This document shows, piece after piece, positions 53,922 through 64,000 of a stretch of 64,000 bases of DNA. The notes under the pieces are model-generated. The model did no database searches. It worked only from the letters and a program-made list of their open reading frames with translations, and was not told the DNA's origin. The stretch comes from Diplonema japonicum (Eukaryota > Protista > Euglenozoa: Diplonemea). How positions within the stretch are numbered: position 1 is the stretch's first letter; each line of letters opens with the position of its first letter. The position numbers and the translations under genes were made by a program. The stretch spans positions 434,001 through 498,000 of the forward strand of contig OZ025660.1 of NCBI GenBank assembly GCA_964019335.1, in the 5' to 3' direction.

Positions 53922-56900
53922 TCACACCTCGAACTTAGCATCTTTCGGCAAAATGGGAAGCCGGACAAGCGTATGCCCAGCTCCGTATGGGGTGATTGTC
54001 ATTTCAGATGGCATGATGGGCTGGGTCAGGGGGAGGGTTCTTGTGGATGAAGGCAGATACCGTGGTTGCGGTGTCTTTGACAGCATGGGTGAGAGGAGCT
54101 CATGGGCGGCTGCTGGGAGGCGGGAAGTGGGTGTGTACGGCTTAGAGAGCTCGTCCAACAGGAGGATAGTAGAAGGGTCCGTGAAGGGAGGGAGGAGGCA
54201 CCCCTGCTGCATGATTACAAGGGACATGACGTCAGGCACATACGACATACACTCAGTGCCGCCCCGAATGTACAGCATGAGGGAGTCTTCCCCCTCCACG
54301 ATGCGAAGGTTTGGTGCTGGGCGTCTTGGGGACATCATCCCTCCTTCGGTTGATTCTTCTTCCATCCCCATCCTGGTGGTCCGACCACCCTCTACCACCT
54401 TCACCACGCTCACAACAGTGTACCCATTGTACTCTTCCTTTTGCAGACTTCCCACCATAATCTTATCAGGTAACTCTAATGTGCGGGTTGCTTCCGACAT
54501 CATCAACTCCCCCCCGGACACCGTGCACACTTCGTCGGCAAGCACTCTCTCGGTGACCCCCAACCCTGGCACGGGGTCTCCCACCGTTGTCACTATCAAC
54601 CCTGACCCGATCGGCTTCACTTTCGTCACTGCAATACGGCTTTTAATAATTACCCGAAAGGATCGTGTGTCCTCCTCGATACGCACAGCGGGCAATGCGC
54701 CCCCACGTGACATAAAGCTTGAATCCTCTACAGGTCGGGCCACTGCTGCAAGCCATTGCAACATGGCATCTTCGACTGTGCCTTCCTGAGTTTGCACTGG
54801 CATTTCATGCTGCCTGTGGTGCATGGGTGTCAGCACTCCTGCAGTTTCTGGTGTTGGAACAGGCTTCACAGACAGCTTCAATCGCGGCGGTGCAACAGGC
54901 GACGACTGTACATTGCCCAGTCCCTTCAACAACGGCACCTGTGACGACAAGTTTGTGACCCTCCAAGGCGGGTTCAAGTTCGAGGACAGAAGGTTCAGCA
55001 GTTCCGGGGTGCTGGCCATGTATGTGTTCAGCACCGATACCCATTTTACACAAGCTTCCTTGCATCCCATCAGGTGGTTCGGCGGCTCTGTCGCAGCATT
55101 CACAAAAAATGCCACCATGCTGTGAGCAAGGTTTCTGTAGTTGAACACGCACAGTGCATGGATCATCTTGGTCACAACCTTTCTGAGAGGGGCTCCTTCT
55201 TTTGTGCCGAGTACCCTGAATCTGTCAGAGGTGGCGGGTCTTGACCACCCTGCGTCGTGATGCTGTCTTGGCCGCCAGAATTCGCCAGTTTTTAAGTCGA
55301 CCTCAAGCCCGATGGCACGCAAGGCAAGGCCGAACGAGACAAGGAAAGTTTTTCGTACATTGGGATCCATGCCAAGCATAATGGCCTCCTCCTCGCCAAG
55401 CCCTGTCGGGGTGCCCATCTCGGGGAACAGTGCTGCTGCAACTCTTTGCGTGTCACCCCCGAGAAGGGTCATGCCGAGTGCTGTAACGTTGAAGGCGGTG
55501 CTGACCTCGCGCTCCAGTCTTAAGTGTACCTCGTGAATGAACCCGATGCCCCTCAGGGCTATGTCGCCTCGGTAGAACTGTAGGTGCCAGCCCCTGTTGA
55601 AGAGTTTGTGGTTTGTGACAGGGCGTGGGGGCTTCTTTTGCTGCCTCTTAATAGGCGCCGGAGAGATGTCTGGCACAGGTCCTTGCAGAGCACTGATGGC
55701 TGCGCTCACGTCATGGTTATGGTGCGCGAGATAGACCTTGGCACGACGCTCAGGTGAGCCGGTATATTTCATGACCTCGAAGACCTTCTCGTCCTTGAGC
55801 TCCCGGTCCCTCTCCGATGTGATCATAGCCAGCGCAATACCTGCAGCCACGACAGCGTGCATCCCCGAGATCTTGGGTGGATTAGGCAGATCGTGCTTCA
55901 CCTTCAGACCATCTAGCAGTTCCCATATTTCCCACACCTCTCTCATCCCTGGAACATCAACCGCCTTCTTGTATTCAGGAAAGTATAGCCCCACACCTAC
56001 GTCCGACTCGACAAGCTTGATAACACTCACCCGTACTCCACTCTGCTTTCCCACTTCCAGCACACAGGCAGGTGCTCGTGTCTTCCCCGGGCTCATTGGC
56101 GAACCAGGTACTTCAGAGTAATCATGCTTCAGGGTTACCACATCGGCGTCATCCATGAATCGCACCTTCGGCACTTCCTCGTTGTTGAAGGAGGTTTTCG
56201 CTGTCCTGGGGCTGCTTGGAGCTTCGATTGGTAAGTTGTGTTCTACTCCGGTGTTCGAAAATAGCTTGGAGAGCTGCGGCATGATGCTGCGTGGTGCCAT
56301 CACAGCGGTCTTCAGTGCAGGGATGGTCAGGAGAAACTCTGCTGGTCCGCCTTTGGACATCCGCACACAGCGCACCGGCTGCGGTGTCTGTCGGTTGATC
56401 TGAAGCGCAACTGATCCGTCGACCAACTGGACAAACTTGATGAGGTCACCATCCGGGTCAGTGAACGGGATCTCAATGCTGGGGGGTAGCCGCAACGGGC
56501 TCATCGGGGGAGGTGCTTCTTTCGCAGGTTGAGGCGTGGGCTTTGGCTTTGGCTTTGGCTTAGGTCGTAACTTCGGAGACTGCACGGTGACAGTTTTCGG
56601 TGGGTCCAAAGTAAGAGGCGCCAAGCGCTTTTTGCCCCCAGGTCTTTTGGACTCGGCTTTCGTGTTGTTGTCATTTTCAGTACTATCGCTGTTCTTGTGT
56701 TCTTCTTGCGAAGTTTCTGGTTGTTTTAACTCCGGTAATTTCAGGTTGATTCTGAAAGGAGTCGGATCTAGGTCGTACTCGCCTTTCCCGGAGGGGCCGT
56801 AGTTCACTACTACACAGGCAAGCCCACCTTTCACGCAGACTCCTACTCCCATTTGTTTCACAGCGCGCCAGAGCATCTGACCACAGTGTGCTGCTTTGTG

Positions 56901-59342
56901 CGGCTCTGCTACGAGCAGTGCGTATTCCTTGTGCCACTCCTCAAGAGCACGTGCAAGAATCGTTTCCTCCGTCTCGCCAAGCGCCTGGTCCATCCAGATG
57001 TTCTGCCCACCAACCCTGCTCCCGTCCCTGCTCACGTTGCCGTTGCTTATGCACGAGGCAGCATGCCGTATGGCATCCCCCGCGCACTTCACGTCGAACT
57101 TCAAAGGATCCGCATCATACATCCCCCTCAGCCGTGTGTGCACTTCTAGCCCTACCTGCTGTATCCCGTCACTCTCCCCTGGTTCCCTGTAGTTGACAAT
57201 GCCCGTGTCTTTGTACTTTTTTACAAGCAGATCGAACAGCGCCTCTTCCCTCCCGTCGTACCTCTGGAGCAGTACTTTCATTGTGTCCTTCTTCTTGGGC
57301 ATGTGCTTACTGTACACAGCATCAAGGCGCCTCACCCACGTGTCATTGGGATCCACCTCTGGGGTGAGAGACAGAGTGTTGGGGGTGAGCTGCCCCAGAT
57401 TCATGGATGGCGTGATGGAGAGTGATTTGTTAAGTGTGTTGCTCCTGCTGCGCGATTGTGGCTCGGTGGAGAGGGAGGGCTCTGATGGCGTGTGGTGAGC
57501 AGAAGCTGCAGGAGTGGTCCGTGTTGAGGCAGCCGGAGTCTGCTCTTTAGGAAACGGCTCAGCAATGATCTGCGGTGGTGGCAACGCTTGACCAGCGGGG
57601 GTCACAGACACCCCTGGTGCCTGCTTGGGAACTGTTTCGGGCGTAGTCTTGGGCGAGTGGTTCACAGACTGTGTGGTGGGAATGTTCACCAATGATCCGA
57701 TGCCCACACGCGTAATCCTCGACGAGATGGTTTCCTGCCCTGCATCCTTTTCTAGTTGTTCTTTGAGCTGCTGTTTCAGTTGTTGCTCTTTTTCGTCAAG
57801 CTCTTGGATGCGCTTCTCCCGCTCTGCCTTTGCTTCCGCAGCCAGTCGCTCCCGTTCAGCCTCAGCCTCCTCCTCTTTCTTTCTTTGTGCTTCTTTCTCC
57901 TTTTCAGCTTCTGCTTTCTTTCGTTCCACTTCTTGAGCATCTTCAGCTGCTTTTTTCTGTGCAGTTTCTTCTTCCACTTTCTGCTTGGCTGCTTCTTCTG
58001 CAGCTTTCTGCTCAGCAATTCTGCGCTGTGTTTCAGCATCTTCTGCAGCTTTCCGTTGAGCTTCAACCTCCTCTGCTATTTTACGTTGTGCCTCAGCCTC
58101 GTCAGTTGCTTTTCGTTGAGTTTCAGCCTCTTCAGCCGCTTTCCGTTGTGCTTCAGCTTCAGCTGCAGCCTTCTGCTGTGCTTCAGCCTCTTCAGCTGCT
58201 TTCCGTTGAGCTTCGGCCTCTTCAGCCGCTTTCCGTTGTGCTTCAGCTTCAGCTGCAGCCTTCTGCTGTGCTTCAGCCTCTTCAGCTGCTTTCCGTTGAG
58301 ATACAGTTTCAGCTTCAGCCTTCCGTTGAGCTTCCTCTTCAGCCGCTTTCCGTGCCTCCTCTTCTGCTTTCTTTTGCGCAACCTCTTGTTCTGCCTTTCG
58401 CTGTGCTTCAGCCTCATTTGCTATTCGCTGTGTTTCGGCCTCTGCTGCTCTCTGTGCTTCAGCCTCCTGTGTCTTTCGTTGTGCTTCCAATTCTGCTGCT
58501 TTGCGCTCTTCTTCAGCTTTCCGTTCAGTTTCCTTCGCCTCCGCGCCAGCATCAACAGCACCAGGTATTTTAACGTTTTTCGGTTTCAGCACCTGTTAAG
58601 GTGTTTAAAAGGTAAATTTGCATACCTGCGACTCTCCTGTGGCCAGCTTGACGCGGTAGCACATAATATCTGCAGCACTCCGGAAGCCAACTACCTTGCA
58701 CATGGTTCCATTCAGAGTTGCGAGCCGTTCAAGTCCCTGTATCTCAAGCTCCGTGCCGACAGGGCTGAGGCCCTCTGGAGTGGGTTCTCTGAGATTTGCA
58801 GGTTTGACGGGCTGCTTCTTGTTTTCAGGCAGCATCACGATGATGGTGTTAGGGGCACCCTTCGAGGCATTGATGCCCACCACGCTGACCTTTAGACCGT
58901 TGAGATCGGAGCGGGACTTCAGACCGAATATTTCGACCTCGCAATTTGCTGGAAAACGTTCTTTCACATTTTTAGGTTTCAGTGCAACCGAGCCGCCGTC
59001 CGCAGTAACGACATCCATGCAGATGATGTTCCCGCCGTCTGGGTTCTTGGCGACCTTGTAACTGCGAACGTTCGCATGGGTGTCGTTGAACTTCTTGAAA
59101 TTGGCGCTCTCAAGCCCTTGAATCACTACGTCCATGTCCAGAGCCACGCACCCCGTAGGGAGAATTTGTGTGGGGGGCACAGGGTACTTCTTCCCGTCTA
59201 TCTTTACAATGACGTTGCTACCCCCTTTATCGTTGTCCATGAACCCCAGCACCTCGCACTCCCTGTTCTCGAACTTGAATCCATACCCCACCAACGTTAC
59301 TTGCGTTCCTATTGGCACACATCTTGGGGGGACCTTTGCCAT
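53922..59342 (-). CDS. Large protein: N-terminal SH3-like beta repeats, AEAQRKAAEE coiled-coil repeats, C-terminal globular domains; 33-nt intron 58593-58625
   Basis: Phase-0 GTATG...AACAG intron joins ORF 58605-59342 to 53922-58592 and completes a repeat (...GESQ-VLKPKNVK, compare VALKPKNVK, PVKPANLR). Confidence 0.8.
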
Positions 59343-59415
59343 CCCCCTTTTCCTGTGGCTTATTAAATAAGTTTGCCCCCCCCCCCCCCCCCCCTTTTTT
59401 TTTCCAGATTTGTGT

Positions 59416-60582
59416 TCATAGTTCTTTTCAAAAAAACACAGTTCTATCGCAGACCAGCCAACCTTGAAGGGCCGACCGACTAGGATCGGAGGTGACAGAA
59501 TGGGTGTGTTGAGTTCTCATCACAGAGTTCCCATTCGTAGGAAAGTCCCCGCTTCTCCCAAAAACAGAAAAAAAGGAGACATCAGAACAGATCTTGGTTT
59601 GCGAATGGAATGGTTGTACACACTTGCACCCAAAGGTGCTTCATACGCCAGGTAAAGTGGTGTCATCATCTTGCCCCTTTGCCTACCTCCCCACCCCTCC
59701 ATTGGTCCTCGTGATGGGAAAAAATGAATGGATCAGTTTCCTTCTGTCATTTATGTGTTAAAGGGGAATCAGGAGACTGTGTCTTCATAGAATGGACCAA
59801 TGTTCTTTAACTACGGTGTCATCATGCTTCGGTGTTGCTGCTGTCGGGCACAACACAGATCCTTGAGACAGCAAAAAGAAAAGCAACTGTGCTTGGGTGT
59901 TGTTGCTGCTTCTCAGAAAGGGTTTGTGCAGAGCACCTATCCATCAAACACCTATCATCTGTGATGACAAGGTCAGAGACTCTAGTCTTTTGTGCTTTGA
60001 TCATCATTCACAGCGTTGGTGTGTCCCCTTCGACGCAAACCTTGCGCTCAAAGCAAGTAGTCTCACGCTGATAAAGCTCCCATTCCAAGCATGAGGTGCC
60101 CAACGGGTGGTATGTACAGCGTTGCGTTGCCTGTCCCTCCACTCCAAGGAGAAGGGTCGGAGACATCAGAAGAGGTGTAGTTTGTTGATAATGTTCCATT
60201 TCACGCCCCCCCAGGGGGAGGTCATCTAACCGCAATATCGTGTCTCATCATCTGTCTGCTGAAACCAAACAAATCAAAAAGAAACAAAAAGAAAAGCAGC
60301 GTTCTCACCAGCACATCGAACCACATGCACCATGATGAGCTGCTGCGGTATTGCAATGCGGGTTTCCTACTGCAACGCTCCTTGGCACTCTCATCTCCCG
60401 CCCACTTTCACCCTGCAGCACAAACAGAGTGTGACTGCTGCAACGACAGCGGAGGGCGGTGGAATATCTGGATGAAAATGTTCATTCCTTCTTGTCAGTC
60501 TCTTTTCAAAAAAACACAGTTCTATCGCAGACCAGCCAACCCTGAAGGGCTGACCGACTAGGATCGGAGGTGACAGAATGGG
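59416..60582 (-). ncRNA. snoRNA cluster K (CD7,CD6,CD4,CD1,A3,CD2,A4,A5, truncated CD7)
   Basis: Recurrent modules. Confidence 0.85.
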
Positions 60583-61032
60583 CTCTCAAAACCAGGACAG
60601 TATATCTATCAATTTCTTCAAAAAAGAAAAGAAACAAGGTACAGGAGGGGAGGGGAGAAAAGTGAGTTCTCCTTTCGTTTCTTTGAGACAAAAAAAAAGA
60701 ACAAGCTTAAATATTATAGGTGGGGTTGGGTGAGACACAGCTCACGCCTTGTTCTTGGTGAATGAACAATAAAAAACATATAAGGGGGGGAAAAGATTCA
60801 CTAAAGAAAATTTTTAAAATAACAAAAAAGAATCTTACGAACATACCCATAAAGGGAATAGCGGTGGGGGTAAGAGTAAAGGATTCTTCTTCTTATTCTT
60901 TTCTTGTTTTTTTTTTTTTTTTTTGTGTGTATTCTTTTTTTTTTTTGTGGGGTTTTTTTTTTTTGTGGGTTTTTTTTTTTTTGTGGGTGTGTTTTTTGTT
61001 TAATAAGGTCAGCACTACAACTACTGCTAAAG

Positions 61033-63408
61033 CTAAATGTCAAAGTACACGGTGGAACTGGGCGGTGTCATCTTAACCTCCTGAGAAGGCACAGGAGCTT
61101 TCTCCAAGTCACTCAACAGCATTTCCCGAGGAGCGGTCGTGGTCATGGTAGAGGTTCTCTTCTTGTTGTACACTGTGAGGGCGATGGCGGAACCAATGCA
61201 CAGGGCACCCAAACCACCTGCGAGATACAGCCACGGCATCGAGAAGGAGGAAGAGGAAGAGGAGGAGGAGGAGCCAGACTCGTCATCAGGTTGCGGGGCA
61301 GGAACGCTGACCTTTGTGACAGGCTTCACAACAAGGGAACCCTCGTCCCCGTCCACCAAAGGTCCCTTCCCCTCAGCTGCCTCCTTCACCGCCTCTTCCA
61401 CTTCCGCCTCGATCTTGTCCGCATCTTTCCCCTCAATACGGTACTCCACGAACACACCAGTGTCGCTGTCATCCTCCACCTGCTGGACTCCGGCACCTCT
61501 GTAACGACGCCTCTCCTCGTTCAGGTAGTCCATGTTCCATGAACGGTCCACTTCTACCGCATAGTTCCTCCTCTCCCTCGGTGTCGGACGCCTGTTCCCC
61601 GCCTTCAACACACCAACAGCAGTCACCACCAACCAGTCGGGCCTCGACCTCAGCCACCTTGAAGCCTTCATCATAGACATCCTGAACTTCCTCAGGAAGT
61701 CCCTCGGCCTCTGCATCACATAGTTCCTGTTACCTCTGAACCTCAAGCACTTCTCCATCTCAGGAGAAGGTGTGGGGTTTGGTGTCGACATTCTTGGAGC
61801 TGCGGTGTTCGGGGCTGAGGTCTCTCTCTGCTCGCTGCCAGGGGATGAAGTCACTTTCTGTTCACCACCAGGGGATGAGGTTTCTTTCTGCTCGCCACCA
61901 GGGGATGAAGTCACTTTCTGCTCGCTGCCAGGGGATGAAGTCTCCTTCTGTTCGCCATTAGGGCTTGGAGTCTCACCGTTGCCCATTTCACCACCAGGGG
62001 ATGGAGTCTTACCGTTGCCCATCTCACCACCAGGGGACGGAGTCTCGCCGTTGCCTTCTTCACTACCAGGAGATGGAGTCCTGCCGTTGCCTTCTTCACC
62101 ACCAGGGGATGGAGTCCTACCGCCGTTGCCTTCCTCACCGCCAGGGGATGGAGTCTCGCCGTTGCCTTCCTCACCACCAGGGGACGGACCTTCTTCACCA
62201 CCAGGAGATGGACCCTCTTCGGTACCTTCTTCAGTTCCCTCTTCGGTGCCCTCTTCTGTTCCCTCCTCGGTGCCCTCTTCTTTTCCCTCTTCACGGTCTT
62301 TTGCGGCTCCCTGTTCACCTTTGTTGCCATTGTTGCCCTCAGGGTTGTTGTTGCCCCCTTCTTCACCGTTGCCGGTGCCCCCTTCTTCACCGCCAGTTGG
62401 TGGAGGCATACCGTTACCACCTTCTTCACCACCAGTGGGTGGAGGCATACCGTTACCACCTTCCTCACCACCAGGGGATGGAGTCCTTCCGTTACCACCC
62501 TCTTCACCACCAGGGGATGGAGTCCTGCCGTTGCCACCTTCCTCACCACCAGGGGATGGAGTCCTTCCGTTACCACCCTCTTCACCACCAGGGGATGGAG
62601 TCCTGCCGTTACCACCCTCTTCACCACCAGGAGATGGAGTCCTACCGTTGCCACCTTCTTCACCGCCGGGAGATGGAGTCCTACCGTTGCCACCCTCCTC
62701 ACCACCAGGAGATGGAGTCCTACCGTTGCCACCCTCTTCACCGCCAGGGGATGGAGTCCTACCGTTGCCCTCTTCACCACCAGGGGATGGAGTCCTGCCG
62801 TTGCCTTCCTCACCACCAGGGGATGGAGTCTTACCGTTGCCCTCTTCACCACCAGGGGAATCCGTGTTCTGCTCACCGTTCGGACTCGGGGTGTTCTGCT
62901 GACCGTTCGGACTAGGAGTGTTCTGTTGACCATTAGGACTCGGGGTGTTCTGCTGGCCGTTAGGACTGGGAGTGTTCTGTTGGCCATTAGGACTAGGAGT
63001 GTTCTGCTGACCATTAGGGCTTGGAGTAGCAGGGGCTCGGGTATCAGGAGTTGAAGTAAAAGGAGCAGAAGTGTCAGGGGCCCGAGTATCAGGAGGCGAA
63101 GTAGCAGGGGCCCGAGTATCAGGGATTGCTGTGTCAGGGGACAAACTCTCACCCGGTTTACACTTCCTCGGGGGGTAGGTCTTCTTCCCGTAGCTCTTCT
63201 TCCCGTAGTAGGTCTTCTTCCCGTAGTACGTCTTCTTCCCGTAACTCTTCTTCCCATAATAGCTCTTCCCGTAGTACTTGCTACTGTAGTGGTTCCCGTT
63301 GCCGTAGCCATAGTTGTATCCCCCCACTTGGCTGCCATAGTAGTGTGCGCTGGCTGGTGCCACCATCGAGGCGGCACACAGCACTAGAAGCAAGCTCCTC
63401 GACCTCAT
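61033..63408 (-). CDS. Mucin-like repeat membrane protein, copy 4
   Basis: Same architecture, fewer repeats (791 aa). Confidence 0.85.
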   Translation of the reverse strand: MRSRSLLLVLCAASMVAPASAHYYGSQVGGYNYGYGNGNHYSSKYYGKSYYGKKSYGKKTYYGKKTYYGKKSYGKKTYPPRKCKPGESLSPDTAIPDTRAPATSPPDTRAPDTSAPFTSTPDTRAPATPSPNGQQNTPSPNGQQNTPSPNGQQNTPSPNGQQNTPSPNGQQNTPSPNGEQNTDSPGGEEGNGKTPSPGGEEGNGRTPSPGGEEGNGRTPSPGGEEGGNGRTPSPGGEEGGNGRTPSPGGEEGGNGRTPSPGGEEGGNGRTPSPGGEEGGNGRTPSPGGEEGGNGRTPSPGGEEGGNGRTPSPGGEEGGNGMPPPTGGEEGGNGMPPPTGGEEGGTGNGEEGGNNNPEGNNGNKGEQGAAKDREEGKEEGTEEGTEEGTEEGTEEGTEEGPSPGGEEGPSPGGEEGNGETPSPGGEEGNGGRTPSPGGEEGNGRTPSPGSEEGNGETPSPGGEMGNGKTPSPGGEMGNGETPSPNGEQKETSSPGSEQKVTSSPGGEQKETSSPGGEQKVTSSPGSEQRETSAPNTAAPRMSTPNPTPSPEMEKCLRFRGNRNYVMQRPRDFLRKFRMSMMKASRWLRSRPDWLVVTAVGVLKAGNRRPTPRERRNYAVEVDRSWNMDYLNEERRRYRGAGVQQVEDDSDTGVFVEYRIEGKDADKIEAEVEEAVKEAAEGKGPLVDGDEGSLVVKPVTKVSVPAPQPDDESGSSSSSSSSSFSMPWLYLAGGLGALCIGSAIALTVYNKKRTSTMTTTAPREMLLSDLEKAPVPSQEVKMTPPSSTVYFDI

Positions 63409-63550
63409 ATTTATGTTCAGTAAACCTGTGTGGTGTCATCACTTTTATGAGATTGGGAACAAAATAATTGGATCATGTCCTTTGTGTTGCAAGGCACAGA
63501 GGAGGGTCTACTTCACAAGACAGGTGTGCTTCGGGTGGTGTTGCTGCTTC

Positions 63551-64000
63551 TCAGAAAGGGTTTGTGCAGAGCACCTATCCATCAAACACCTATCATCTGT
63601 GATGACAAGGTCAGAGACTCTAGTCTTTTGTGCTTTGATCATCATTCACAGCGTTGGTGTGTCCCCTTCGACACGGGTCATCACTTCAAGGAATTTCCTT
63701 GAAGGCAACGAGATTTTCTGGACGAACTGAAAGATCACAGGGGAAGTAGAAGCAAGACAGGCATGTCGTGAAAGGGTCGTTGTCACCATCTTGTCAAAAA
63801 AGAAAAGGAAACCTTTTCCTCAAAAAAGCAAAAGAGAACCACTGGAGTCTCACGCTGATAAAGCTCCCATTCCAAGCATGAGGTAAGTAAACAGAGTAGT
63901 CGGAGGCGGCGTTTACAGCGTTTCGTTGCCTGTCCCTCCACTCCAAGGAGAAGGGTGTGCATCAGACGATGCCGTCTCACTGGTGTCTGCTCAGCACCAA
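63551..64000 (-). ncRNA. snoRNA cluster L (CD1, degenerate CD5, A3 variant, CD3 cut by window end)
   Basis: Recurrent modules. Confidence 0.75.

Noticed and set aside
1-64000. rRNA, tRNA or SL RNA genes
   Set aside because: rRNA-like words on the plus strand are only 9-20 nt and are the antisense of snoRNA guides; no cloverleaf or full SL exon recognised

Overview
Eukaryotic genomic DNA, most likely a euglenozoan (diplonemid-like) protist. This is inferred from co-oriented genes, very short GT-AG introns, single-hairpin AGA-box guide RNAs and guides matching euglenozoan-type rRNA. Every credible gene lies on the minus strand, consistent with one polycistronic unit. Single-copy genes (CWC27-like cyclophilin, kinase-ankyrin protein, secreted glycoside-hydrolase-like protein, arylsulfatase, large coiled-coil proteins) alternate with repeated blocks. 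The blocks carry three multi-copy genes: NTF2/SnoaL-like x3, AA10 LPMO-CBM1-CBM1 x3, and a Tyr-Gly-Lys-tipped mucin-like membrane protein x4. The main hidden signal is in the spacers: 12 clusters built from about 18 recurring 60-110 nt modules (roughly 75-80 intact copies by hand count). On the minus strand these read as box C/D snoRNAs (7 families) and single-hairpin AGA-box H/ACA-like snoRNAs (about 11 families), several with guides complementary to conserved rRNA modification sites. Module order is reshuffled between clusters, with chimeric, truncated and guide-altered variants, and duplication breakpoints often fall in or beside modules. Also present: a 453-bp MITE, a deletion-riddled mosaic pseudogene and a frameshifted secreted-protein gene. 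rRNA target assignments come from remembered conserved rRNA sequence and need checking against this organism's rRNA.
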